Of a DNA stretch of 16,753 nt, positions 1 to 8,865 are shown in pieces; position 1 is the first letter of the stretch; each line of letters starts with the position of its first letter. This DNA comes from a virus (lineage: Duplodnaviria; Heunggongvirae; Uroviricota; Caudoviricetes), in the IMG/VR virus record IMGVR_UViG_2778261300_000003. One strand, written 5' to 3'. The notes beneath the pieces were generated by a model. That model ran no database searches. It saw only the letters and a list, made by a program, of their open reading frames with translations, and had not been told where the DNA came from. The position numbers and the translations under genes were made by a program.

Positions 1-273
1 ATAGTTAAATGCGATGTTTTTGACGGTGTTTTCCGCGTTACCAGCAGCGTTAACGGTGATGGTGTGTCCATGTGAGCCAATCGCAACGGAGTGCGTATGA
101 GCACCAATATCCATATTCATAACCTGTACATCATCGCCGGATGACTGCATTTCCTCTTCCCATTCTGCCACCCGCTGCGCTATCTCTGCGGCACTCCCGG
201 ATATATCCGGCTCACGCCCCAGAATCAGGGCCAGTTCATCAAGCCGTTTCAGATTTTGCTCTTTCGTTGCCAT
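1..273 (-). CDS. FI-like DNA packaging protein, N-terminal 91 codons (C-terminus runs off the window start)
   Basis: Minus-strand frame open from ATG at 273-271 to position 1 (checked codon by codon, no stop). Translation [42 protein letters not shown] resembles the lambda gpFI N-terminus as recalled; it sits directly downstream of the capsid gene as in lambda. Confidence 0.45.
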   Translation of the reverse strand, partial: MATKEQNLKRLDELALILGREPDISGSAAEIAQRVAEWEEEMQSSGDDVQVMNMDIGAHTHSVAIGSHGHTITVNAAGNAENTVKNIAFNY

Positions 274-298
274 ATCAGCCCCCTGTGAAAAAAGACAC

Positions 299-315
299 GG
301 GGGCATTTCGCCCCC
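299..315 (-). terminator. GC hairpin plus T-run downstream of the capsid gene (possible intrinsic terminator)
   Basis: Plus strand gggggcatttcgccccc forms a 6-bp GC stem with 5-nt loop; on the minus strand it is followed after 4 nt by a TTTTTT run. Lies between the capsid stop (325) and the FI-like start (273). Confidence 0.35.
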
Positions 316-324
316 GCTCACGGA

Positions 325-1353
325 TTATTTCACCTGTACCACCACAAACTCATCCGGGTCCGGCAACACCATCAGCGGCGCGGACTGCGTCATGGTAAAT
401 TCACGGGCGGGATCCCCTACCGTCAGCCAGTGTTTCGGATAACGGGAAGATGCCACCACACCTTCGGACAACGCCTGAGCATCCTGAATGGCACCGTAAC
501 AACGGATCCCATCTGCAGCAGTATTCCCCAGAACCAGCATGCCATCTGGAAGATAACGTTTTTCGATACCGTCTTCTGCTATATAAGACGTTTTCGCCAC
601 CACAATGGCCAGATCGCCGTAATACCCCTTGAAGGACACCACTGCGCCCAGATCTTTCACTGCCGTTTCGAGTTGAGAATTTGAACCGCGACGGGTATCC
701 AGTTTTTCGCGGAACAGCTTAAAACCATTCAGAAGACGCCAGACGGTACCGTCCATAATGGCAATATTCACAAGACCGCTGGCCTGGTCGCAGTAGAGGT
801 CAATATCATGTGTAGGATCGAACGTGTCACGATCCTGTTTTGACCACTCCTTACCACTACCCTGAGTGATGTTATTCTTCGTCGACCTGCCAAAATCGAC
901 CTCAATTTTCTCGAACTGGTCTCCTTCCATGGTGTATTTGCCATACAACACAGCATTTACCGCCTGCATTTCTTCCACCTGGACAATCGCGTGCTCTTCC
1001 TGTTTGAGGTTATCGGTAATGATACGCAGACGGCGGTAAGCCGGATCATTCAGTTGAGATGGATCTTCACCAGGAAGGCGCTCAACCGCCTGCTGGTAAT
1101 TAAATTCGTGTTTCGGCTTGACGTAGCCCGGACGCAACACGCGGGTTTCACCACCACGATGACGCAGCACTTTTCCTTCAACAACCGGGGAGACATAGGC
1201 CGCCACCGGCGTTTTTCCGGTAATTTTGTCCAGCATCACCTCTTCGGTATGGAAATTCACCGTACGGCGGAAAAACAGCTCCAGAAACAGCGCACGAAAT
1301 TTAACTTTTTGTTCGGTATAACCGAGTAACTGGCGGGTCGTAAACAATCCCAT
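325..1353 (-). CDS. Major capsid protein, lambda gpE family, apparently full length (342 aa)
   Basis: ATG at 1353-1351, TAA at 327-325. Translation MGLFTTRQLL...PGYVKPKHE...GNTAADGIRCYGAIQDA...DPAREFTMTQSAPLMVLPDPDEFVVVQVK aligns along its length with lambda gpE as recalled. Upstream SD-like aaagga. Confidence 0.9.
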   Translation of the reverse strand: MGLFTTRQLLGYTEQKVKFRALFLELFFRRTVNFHTEEVMLDKITGKTPVAAYVSPVVEGKVLRHRGGETRVLRPGYVKPKHEFNYQQAVERLPGEDPSQLNDPAYRRLRIITDNLKQEEHAIVQVEEMQAVNAVLYGKYTMEGDQFEKIEVDFGRSTKNNITQGSGKEWSKQDRDTFDPTHDIDLYCDQASGLVNIAIMDGTVWRLLNGFKLFREKLDTRRGSNSQLETAVKDLGAVVSFKGYYGDLAIVVAKTSYIAEDGIEKRYLPDGMLVLGNTAADGIRCYGAIQDAQALSEGVVASSRYPKHWLTVGDPAREFTMTQSAPLMVLPDPDEFVVVQVK

Positions 1354-1410
1354 AAATCAGTTCCTTTCATTCAGAAATCAGTCAGGCCACCGCGGTGGCC
1401 TGATAACGTG

Positions 1411-1563
1411 TTACGGCAGCGCCGCGTGACTCAGGGCACTGCCAGCAAAGGCGTTGGCCTTTTTGTGTTCATCCACACTTTCAGGCCAGTGGATTGCCTC
1501 CGTCGCAAAGGTTCCCGACTTGTAATACGTCAGCGCCGTCTCTGTGCCGTCAAGCGGCAGTAT
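1411..1563 (-). pseudogene. Head decoration protein (lambda gpD-like), C-terminal fragment only
   Basis: Minus-strand frame open 1563 to 1414, stop TAA at 1413-1411, no start codon. Translation ...[42 protein letters not shown] matches the gpD C-terminus (TLTFYKSGTF...AFAGTAISIV) as recalled. N-terminal two thirds missing. Confidence 0.6.
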
Positions 1564-1979
1564 TTACGCTGTAATGTCAACGGCACACGCACAAGTATCC
1601 CCGAAATCTCCTGTGCCACACGTTGCAGAATGAAGGTAAACAGTTCAGTTTCCAGCACTACTCCGTCTTCACGGGCATTTTTCAGTTCCTGCGCATCTGC
1701 CTGCGCTTTTGTGAGCCTGTAGCGTTCATAGTCAATGGTGCCGGGTTGTAAATCTGACTCCGCTGCCGCACGCAAATCGTCCAGTTCTTTGCGGAGCTTT
1801 TCGTTTTCGATATCAGTTTCCCTCTGCGCATACCACTGAATTGCCATGGCAGTATCAAATACAGATTCAATGCCCTTACTACCTTTGGAGGCGCAAGGGA
1901 GTCCCTGAGACTGCCAGCGTTCAATCGTCCGCGGGTCCACGTTGAAAATTTCGGCAAGCCTCTTTTTATTAACCTTCAT
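1530..1979 (-). CDS. Terminase small subunit Nu1 homologue (NohA/NohD-like), C-terminally truncated at a deletion junction
   Basis: ATG at 1979-1977. [28 protein letters not shown]...[47 protein letters not shown] matches lambda Nu1 over about 140 residues, then diverges (CRLTAQRRR) and stops where the D fragment begins in another frame. Confidence 0.8.
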
Positions 1980-2200
1980 GAAAACAACCCATTATCAAAT
2001 ACAAGGCCCGACATGAAAACGCCAGAAAAAGGCATTTTCGGACACTTTCATGTCGGACCTTTACGGATAAAATATTAAAAAAAACAAAAAGTTATATTCG
2101 AGAAGTACCGACACGATTTTCCCTGAAAAATTTTCATAAATAGTGAAAAACCGCGAGGTCGCCGCCCCGTAACCTGTCGGATCGCCGGAAAGGACCCACA
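1980..2200 (-). other. cos site: cosB (between Nu1 start and cosN), cosN cohesive-end sequence at 2156-2167, cosQ side to the right
   Basis: Plus strand 2156-2167 aggtcgccgccc is the reverse complement of the lambda 12-nt cohesive end GGGCGGCGACCT. Flanking sequence (ttttcataaatagtgaaaaaccgcg | aggtcgccgccc | cgtaacctgtcgg) matches the reverse complement of the circularised lambda cos junction as recalled. Confidence 0.75.
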
Positions 2201-2366
2201 AAATGATAATAATTATCATCTACATGTCACAACGTGCATCTACGCCATCAAACCACGTCAAATAATCAATTATGACGCAGGTATCGTATTAATTGATCCG
2301 CATCAACTTAACGTAAAAACAACTTCAGACAATACAAATCAGCGACACTGAATACGGGGCAACCTC

Positions 2367-2600
2367 ATGTCAACGAAGAACAGAACCCGCAGAACAACAA
2401 CCCGCAACATCCGCTTTCCTAACCAAATGATTGAACAAATTAACATCGCTCTTGATCAAAAAGGGTCCGGGAATTTCTCAGCCTGGGTCATTGAAGCCTG
2501 CCGCCGGAGACTGTGCTCAGAAAAAAGAGTTTCTCCTGAAGCAAACAAAGAAAAGAGTGACATTACTGAATTGCTCAGAAAACAGGTCAGACCAGATTGA
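2367..2600 (+). CDS. ynfO: YnfO-like small protein (77 aa), possible ribbon-helix-helix DNA-binding fold
   Basis: ATG at 2367; translation MSTKNRTRRTTTRNIRFPNQMIEQINIALDQKGSGNFSAWVIEACRRRL... Basic N-terminus followed by a strand/helix/helix pattern. Position next to cos matches the small ORF at the lambda right end and K-12 Qin ynfO (from memory). Confidence 0.55.
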   Translation: MSTKNRTRRTTTRNIRFPNQMIEQINIALDQKGSGNFSAWVIEACRRRLCSEKRVSPEANKEKSDITELLRKQVRPD

Positions 2601-2657
2601 AGCAATTTAGATAATCGTGCAGACTACGCCCCCTCATATCACATGGAAGGTTTATCT

Positions 2658-3068
2658 ATGGATCAGGTAGTCATTTTTAAACAAATATTTGATAAAGTTC
2701 GAAACGATTTAAACTATCAATGGTTTTATTCTGAGCTAAAACGTCACAATGTCTCACATTACATTTACTATTTAGCCACAGAGAATGTTCATATTGTATT
2801 AAAAAATGATAATACAGTGTTATTAAAGGGCCTAAAAAACATTGTGTCTGTCAAATTTTCAAAGGATAGGCATCTTATAGAAACGACCTCTAATAAGCTG
2901 AAATCCAGAGAGATCACATTTCAGGAATACAGAAGAAACCTTGCTAAAGCAGGAGTTTTTCGGTGGGTTACAAATATCCACGAACAAAAAAGATATTACT
3001 ATACCTTTGATAATTCATTACTATTTACTGAAAGCATCCAGAAAACTACACAGATCTTACCACGCTAA
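2658..3068 (+). CDS. DUF1398-family protein (YdfO/YbcV-like)
   Basis: ATG at 2658 with SD GGAAGG 8 nt upstream (the ORF track starts earlier at 2643). Translation [47 protein letters not shown]... resembles K-12 prophage YdfO/YbcV as recalled. Confidence 0.65.
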
Positions 3069-3219
3069 ACCATAACGTCCGGCTTCTCTCACTCCTGAGC
3101 CGGACTGCATTGGTTTAATAAAAACCATCAACAATTGTGATTTAGATATTCGGAACCATTCAAATATAACAAAACCCCGTAAAAACGAGGTTTATGGATA
3201 AATTTTATTATTGAATACA

Positions 3220-3396
3220 TCAGATTAAATTAATCTTGACATCATAGCTTTCAAGACCCGTCATTTTTTCCCGTGCGGTAAACTGAATACTGGTAACTTC
3301 TTTCCCGGTCTTTTTCTTAAGTTCAATAATTTTTTTTGTTATATATTCAGAAATATCTGCTTCTGCTTTTGTTTTTAAGTTTTCAATATTCATCAT
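3220..3396 (-). CDS. gnsB: GnsA/GnsB-family small protein (58 aa), not in the supplied ORF track
   Basis: Hand-translated minus strand: ATG at 3396-3394, TGA at 3222-3220; MMNIENLKTKAEADISEYITKKIIELKKKTGKEVTSIQFTAREKMTGLESYDVKINLI. Closely resembles GnsA/GnsB (about 57 aa) as recalled. Confidence 0.6.
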   Translation of the reverse strand: MMNIENLKTKAEADISEYITKKIIELKKKTGKEVTSIQFTAREKMTGLESYDVKINLI

Positions 3397-3564
3397 TTCC
3401 TCTTTTAGTCTGTTATGACTTTCCAGTTACACAGTAAGTCGATTATATGGTGCAAACGTGTAAAAGATAAGATGAAACATCGCAATAATCAACATACGAT
3501 AGTCTAAATTTTACACAAACAGACAAAGAGAATTTTCCTGAATTATCAATGCAATAGCATCAAA

Positions 3565-3795
3565 TCAACTCAAGAGCCTTATTGCTGCTTCCACAATTTC
3601 TTCTGAAGTAACATGTCGATCCGCGGCTACATAAATGACTTTATGATCTCCGGTCAGAGATGGAAACCCTGCGGCCATTACAGTAAGGTGTGTTTTTTCG
3701 CCATTTGGATATTCACGCATGATGGTGTTAACTCCAGTCATCGCTGGCACTACCACTGCTGGTTCAGAGTTAAAAAAAACTATGATTTTTTTCAT
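3565..3795 (-). CDS. Hypothetical small protein (76 aa); positionally equivalent to K-12 Qin ynfN, identity not established
   Basis: ATG at 3795-3793 (the ORF track start at 3837 is a TTG); MKKIIVFFNSEPAVVVPAMTGVNTIMREYPNGEKTHLTVMAAGFPSLTGDHKVIYVAADRHVTSEEIVEAAIRLLS. No strong SD. Family not recognised with confidence. Confidence 0.4.
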   Translation of the reverse strand: MKKIIVFFNSEPAVVVPAMTGVNTIMREYPNGEKTHLTVMAAGFPSLTGDHKVIYVAADRHVTSEEIVEAAIRLLS

Positions 3796-3839
3796 GATGT
3801 TACCGTAGTATGTGAGTATCCATCGAATAGACACCAAGC

Positions 3840-3875
3840 AAAAAAGCTCCCGAAGGAGCCTTCATTTTCACTTTT
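3840..3875 (-). terminator. Short hairpin with flanking A/T runs, candidate terminator about 200 nt downstream of the cspI-like gene
   Basis: gctcc cgaa ggagc (3846-3859), a 5-bp stem with 4-nt loop, preceded by aaaaaa on the plus strand, which is UUUUUU after the stem on the minus strand. Confidence 0.3.
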
Positions 3876-4066
3876 TCAAATCCAACGACAGACGGCTGGC
3901 ATTTAAGTATTGTGAAATATTATCAAATGTAATCATCATTGATTTACAAAAGATACATTTTGCCCCGAAAGGATTCATGTCAGAAACATCAAAAGATGAT
4001 GTTCTATACTGGGAACCATGACAACACGGGCATCTAAAGTGAATATGGTTTGTAATATTGTCTACC

Positions 4067-4279
4067 TCAAAGCGCCACTACATGAACAGCGGCAGGACCT
4101 TTAGGTCCGTTCTCAATACCAAATTCAACTTCCTGATTCTCAGTTAATGTTTTGAAATCGTTGCTCTGAATTGCTGAGAAATGGACAAACACATCTTTGC
4201 TGCCATCTTTCGGCGTGATGAAACCAAAACCTTTTTCAGGGTTAAACCATTTCACTAAACCAGTCATTTTGTTAGACAT
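4067..4279 (-). CDS. cspI: Cold-shock protein, CspA family (CspI-like)
   Basis: ATG at 4279-4277; [53 protein letters not shown]... carries the RNP1 motif KGFGFI and RNP2 VFVHF of the cold-shock domain. Confidence 0.85.
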   Translation of the reverse strand: MSNKMTGLVKWFNPEKGFGFITPKDGSKDVFVHFSAIQSNDFKTLTENQEVEFGIENGPKGPAAVHVVAL

Positions 4280-4640
4280 AATTATTACCTTTTGAAGAAA
4301 TTAGCCCTTGGGCAGAATGGTCCGAAAAAAATATCAGAGAGAAAAACCAACAAGGAAATCTCAAGAGGTACAAATAATAAAATTATAACAATGACTGCTT
4401 CAGATAAATTTGTAACAAACCAGAACACCATTAACGCATGATTAACCACCCATAGCAAGGATTACTTTTGTAAAGAAAAACACAGCAATGAAAGAATAGC
4501 TTTATTTATTAATAAAACGTGTCATTCTGATTAAGACCTTTTATCTTACCCTTAAGATTTCAGGAATTTTGGCTCATGGAAGAGTCCTTTTTATTTAAAT
4601 TTTACATTCCGCGATGTAAATGTTCCGATTTAATATTACC

Positions 4641-5664
<1,024 letters not shown>

Positions 5665-5668
<4 letters not shown>

Positions 5669-5976
5669 AGATATTTATGATGAGGACGCTCGTGCTTATT
5701 GGCAGGATTTTCAATCTTAAAGGAGTACTGATGCTGCAGATAAGACTCAACTTTTTCTGACAATTTTTCTGCTACTTCCAGGAAGACTTGCCGGACGCTC
5801 CTTCTGGCTGCTGCCTCATAAAACTCCAGCGCAGCTCCTTCAACACGGTCCATGGCGACATACAGGTCAAAAATTTCACCGTCAAAGCGTTCTTTGTCCT
5901 GTAAGGCTACAGTTACCGTAACTTTATTCTCAAAATTACGGACTCCTTTCACAACCAGTTCATAGTCTTGAGTCAT
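5665..5976 (-). CDS. DUF1327-family protein (YdfR-like) between holin and endolysin
   Basis: ATG at 5976 with SD GGAGAG; 103 aa MTQDYELVVKGVRNFENKVTVTVALQDKERFDGEIFDLYVAMDRVEG... Stop overlaps the endolysin start. Family name from recollection. Confidence 0.55.
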
Positions 5977-5980
5977 TGGA

Positions 5981-6196
5981 TTACTCTCCTCTCGCAGCCT
6001 TACGCCTGTCTTCTTTAATCTTGAAATAAAGATTTGTCAGATACGTCAGCAGGCCAAAAACCAGGCTACCCAGCACACCGATTGCAGCCCACTGTGACGG
6101 AGTTACTTTATCGAGTAACTGCAATGCCCAGAAACCAGCATTACCCGCCGATGTGCCATAGGCAACACCTGTTGTTAACTTATCCATTGATTTCAT
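5981..6196 (-). CDS. Class II holin, phage 21 S21-type pinholin with dual-start motif
   Basis: [71 protein letters not shown]: two TM segments, Met-Lys-Ser-Met dual start (ATGs at 6196 and 6187), SD GGGGTGAGG upstream; very similar to S21 as recalled. The track ORF 5981..6271 begins at an upstream start with a non-holin-like leader. Confidence 0.8.
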   Translation of the reverse strand: MKSMDKLTTGVAYGTSAGNAGFWALQLLDKVTPSQWAAIGVLGSLVFGLLTYLTNLYFKIKEDRRKAARGE

Positions 6197-6415
6197 ATCC
6201 TCACCCCGATGTACACGGATGGTGCAATATGTTTGAAAAGATCGGAGTCTACGGGGTAGTTTTGACAGCACACGTTGTTCTCAACGGCGCTAAAAAAACA
6301 TACACATTAAAAATGTGGGTAATTATTTTGAAAGAAAGTCATATATAAAATAATAATACGAGAAATGTTTTCATATTTAGTGTACTGTATACGGCCATTT
6401 ATACAGGAAAAGCCT

Positions 6416-6586
6416 ATGTCAGAACGTAAAAACTCAAAATCACGCCGTAATTATCTCGTTAAATGTTCCTGCCCAAACTGCACCCAAGAGTCAGAACACA
6501 GTTTTTCAAGAGTACAAAAAGGTGCCCTTTTGATCTGCCCTCATTGCAACAAAGTATTCCAGACAAATCTTAAAGCTGTAGCCTGA
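6416..6586 (+). CDS. Small zinc-ribbon protein (56 aa), possibly YnfU-like
   Basis: ATG at 6416 with AGGAAA upstream; MSERKNSKSRRNYLVKCSCPNCTQESEHSFSRVQKGALLICPHCNKVFQTNLKAVA has two Cys pairs (CSCPNC ... CPHC) typical of a zinc ribbon. Oriented opposite to the late genes. Confidence 0.45.
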   Translation: MSERKNSKSRRNYLVKCSCPNCTQESEHSFSRVQKGALLICPHCNKVFQTNLKAVA

Positions 6587-6644
6587 TTGATTTTATTAGT
6601 AACAAGTATTTTTTATATTTTAATAAAATATTTAAAGCAGATAA

Positions 6645-6670
6645 TAAAAAACCCGCCTGAGCGGGTTTGA
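6645..6670. terminator. Bidirectional intrinsic terminator
   Basis: aaaaaa-aacccgc-ctga-gcgggtt-tga: a 7-bp GC-rich stem with 4-nt loop, flanked by an A-run on the left (U-run on the minus strand, strong) and TTT on the right (weaker). Confidence 0.55.
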
Positions 6671-6949
6671 GATTGTGGTGCTTTTTGTGGGAGTCATCCA
6701 CTTACGCACTTTGTTTTGCCATGCCAGCAGTTAGCTTCTGCTGTAAAACTATTCATGCAGCAAACCTGCACTTCACCACAATGGTTAGCATACTTTTCCT
6801 GATTAAGATTTTGCCAAATATGCTAGCCATTGTTTCATGTATTGGACCTCCTTACTTTTTATTAAAGAGATCCAATATTCACTACTCTGTCCGTATCTCT
6901 ACTCAGGCCTCAGCCTTCTTCGTTATCGTATACAGACGAGCGATGAATT

Positions 6950-7165
6950 TTAATCAGTAATGATGACATTTGCTGCTGCAGGACCTTTAGCACCACTCTC
7001 TATAGAGAAGGTAACCTTTTGACCTTCAAATAAGGTTCGATAATTATCATTCTGAATCGCAGAAAAATGCACAAACACATCTTTACTACCATCAACAGGA
7101 GAAATAAAGCCGAAACCTTTATCAGCGTTAAACCATTTTACTAAACCAGTCATTTTATTTGACAT
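6950..7165 (-). CDS. cspB: Cold-shock protein, CspA family (CspB-like)
   Basis: ATG at 7165; [71 protein letters not shown] with RNP1/RNP2 motifs. Confidence 0.85.
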   Translation of the reverse strand: MSNKMTGLVKWFNADKGFGFISPVDGSKDVFVHFSAIQNDNYRTLFEGQKVTFSIESGAKGPAAANVIITD

Positions 7166-7465
7166 TCTACATTCCTTAACTTGAGCCTTTCGGCATAAAT
7201 GGTTTGCATAACAGAAACGACTTCGTACTTAATTGGAGAGACTCAAAGAAGGAATAAGTGAATAACACCTGAAATGAGAACTGCTTTAGTAAACTACTTC
7301 GTATATCGTCTGTTCTTCAAACCGACGCAATCATTAACGCATAGTTGAACATATGAAGCAATGTTTATTTTAGACATCCAGCCATCTTCAACCCCATCAA
7401 AAAACTATAGCTTTCTTCAGGAACGTGTGTATAGTGCGCCAAGTTATCAGTATTAAGGAATTTTT

Positions 7466-7678
7466 TTGTCCCGTAAAATGACAGGAATTGTCAAAACCTT
7501 TGACGGCAAAAGCGGCAAGGGTCTTATCACCCCATCCGATGGTCGTATCGATGTCCAGCTTCATGTTTCAGCGCTCAATCTCCGCGATGCAGAAGAAATT
7601 ACCACCGGATTACGCGTGGAATTTTGCCGGATAAATGGTCTGCGTGGCCCTTCAGCTGCCAATGTTTATCTTTCATGA
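7466..7678 (+). CDS. cspF: Cold-shock-domain protein, CspF/CspH-like (divergent from cspB)
   Basis: [70 protein letters not shown]. The first codon at 7466 is TTG with SD AAGGA 7 nt upstream; the first ATG (7478) is too far from the SD. Confidence 0.8.
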
Positions 7679-7970
7679 GCTATATTAAAGCTTTAATTTC
7701 AGGCCCCATCGGATCACACATGGAGAGTTTTTATGAATAACCCCGTCTGTCTTGATGACTGGTTGATTGGCTTTAAAAGCTTATGCTGTACTTTGGCCGT
7801 AATAGCTCTGCTAATAATATAATAAGCAGACTCATTGTGTTTAGGGACATTGTCCTGGAAGAAAACATTTTAAACATCAGGCAAATAACCAAGTCACCAG
7901 CTAAATAATAAGTTAACAGACATGAGTCCCGGGATGAGATTCAACATTACCATTGCCCCATTTAAAGCAC

Positions 7971-7995
7971 AAAACCCGCTCATCAGCGGGTTTTC
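7971..7995. terminator. Bidirectional intrinsic terminator; on the minus strand a tR'-like terminator of the short late-promoter transcript
   Basis: aaaacccgct-catc-agcgggtttt followed by ctactttttc on the plus strand; the reverse complement gives the stem followed by uuuugugcuuu. Confidence 0.6.
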
Positions 7996-8034
7996 TACTT
8001 TTTCTTAACGTCGGGTATACAAAGCCCATCGTTG

Positions 8035-8070
8035 AAAAAATTTTATCCATATTTTTTGAAAAATGCAAAC
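8035..8070 (-). promoter_or_regulatory. Candidate late promoter (pR'-like), with expected Q-utilisation region, immediately downstream of Q
   Basis: Minus strand reads TTGCAT (plus 8063-8068), a 17-nt spacer, then TAAAAT (plus 8040-8045). It starts about 30 nt after the Q stop and about 60 nt upstream of the terminator at 7971-7995, the classic Q / pR' / tR' arrangement. Sigma-70 match judged by eye only. Confidence 0.4.
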
Positions 8071-8099
8071 ATCATGTCGCCATCTTCAGCAAAAATCAT

Positions 8100-8852
8100 T
8101 TATCTCGTCACCTTCCTCAATTGCGCTTCCGCGTATGCTTCTTCCTGCCAGCACTTTGTTACCAGTTTACCAATGACGTCCGCATACCCCTTATACCACT
8201 GATAATCGGTCAGGTCTGGTACCAGCTTCTGGACATGACGTCGTGCCAGCGTGGTCGGTAAACGACTAAACCGGTTTCCATTACAACGCCCACAAATCTT
8301 ATATACCGGTACGCCATGAAACCGGGTTCTTTTTTCATCCAGAACAATCCCTTTACCCTTACACCCTCTGCACGCTGTGCTGGCTTCGCCCTTACCATGG
8401 CAATGCTGACATAGTTCCTTCACCCATTCTTCCTTGATTACAGATTCCCCGCGTCTGTAGTGTTTCACCACTTCGCGCAATACATTATAAAATCCCGTAC
8501 CTGAACAATGCTCACAGCGAGCCTTACTTGCCGCAGACCTGGAGTAATCAGCAAAGGCAAAACTCACGAGGTAAGGAATAATCTGTAACCGGATTTCTTC
8601 ACTCAATTTGTTCAATGTCGGGTTATCCAGTGCCATCGCGTAATTTAGCAGGCCTTCAATCGCAAACTGAGGGTCCTGAACACCAACTTTTGCCAGAAAT
8701 AAGGCCAACCCAAGTGGTGCTTTCGACTGCACCATCCCCTGCGCTGCCATTACATCCGTAATTGTTAAACAACCGGTGCCTGTCGCTGGAGCGTCATCGC
8801 TCAATTTTGGAGATTTTGGGGAGTAATATTTTGGTAAGGCTTCAAGGTTCAT
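8100..8852 (-). CDS. Late-gene antitermination protein Q (Q21/Q82/QuuQ-like), 250 aa
   Basis: ATG at 8852 with SD GGAG 8 nt upstream (the track ORF starts at a TTG at 8882). Cys/His-rich zinc-binding region (CEHCSGTG ... CQHCHGKG ... CRGCKGKG ... CGRCNG) and position just upstream of the late promoter and lysis genes. Confidence 0.8.
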   Translation of the reverse strand: MNLEALPKYYSPKSPKLSDDAPATGTGCLTITDVMAAQGMVQSKAPLGLALFLAKVGVQDPQFAIEGLLNYAMALDNPTLNKLSEEIRLQIIPYLVSFAFADYSRSAASKARCEHCSGTGFYNVLREVVKHYRRGESVIKEEWVKELCQHCHGKGEASTACRGCKGKGIVLDEKRTRFHGVPVYKICGRCNGNRFSRLPTTLARRHVQKLVPDLTDYQWYKGYADVIGKLVTKCWQEEAYAEAQLRKVTR

Positions 8853-8865
8853 GCTCGTTCTCCAC

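Noticed and set aside
141-1329. Plus-strand ORFs 141..398, 430..684, 450..632 and 991..1329
   Set aside because: All lie antisense to the FI-like and capsid genes, whose translations are clearly protein-like; the plus-strand translations are low-complexity (Pro/Arg/His-rich) and typical of the wrong strand of a coding region.
1408-1957. ORFs 1408..1722 (+) and 1682..1957 (-)
   Set aside because: They overlap the Nu1 and D remnants in other frames or on the opposite strand, and have no recognisable features.
3613-4021. ORFs 3613..3906 (+) and 3812..4021 (+)
   Set aside because: Antisense to or overlapping the small minus-strand gene and the hairpin at 3846-3859; no SD; composition atypical.
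6667-6960. ORF 6667..6960 (+), and an 11-codon minus-strand micro-ORF (6803..6838) with a perfect AAGGAGG SD
   Set aside because: The plus ORF spans the cspB downstream region and the terminator and looks non-coding. The micro-ORF (MKQWLAYLAKS) is too short to call as a gene without conservation data, though the SD is striking.
7953-8398. ORFs 7953..8261 (+) and 8210..8398 (-)
   Set aside because: They overlap the Q gene on the opposite strand or in another frame; the Q frame has a coherent Cys/His-rich zinc-binding pattern.
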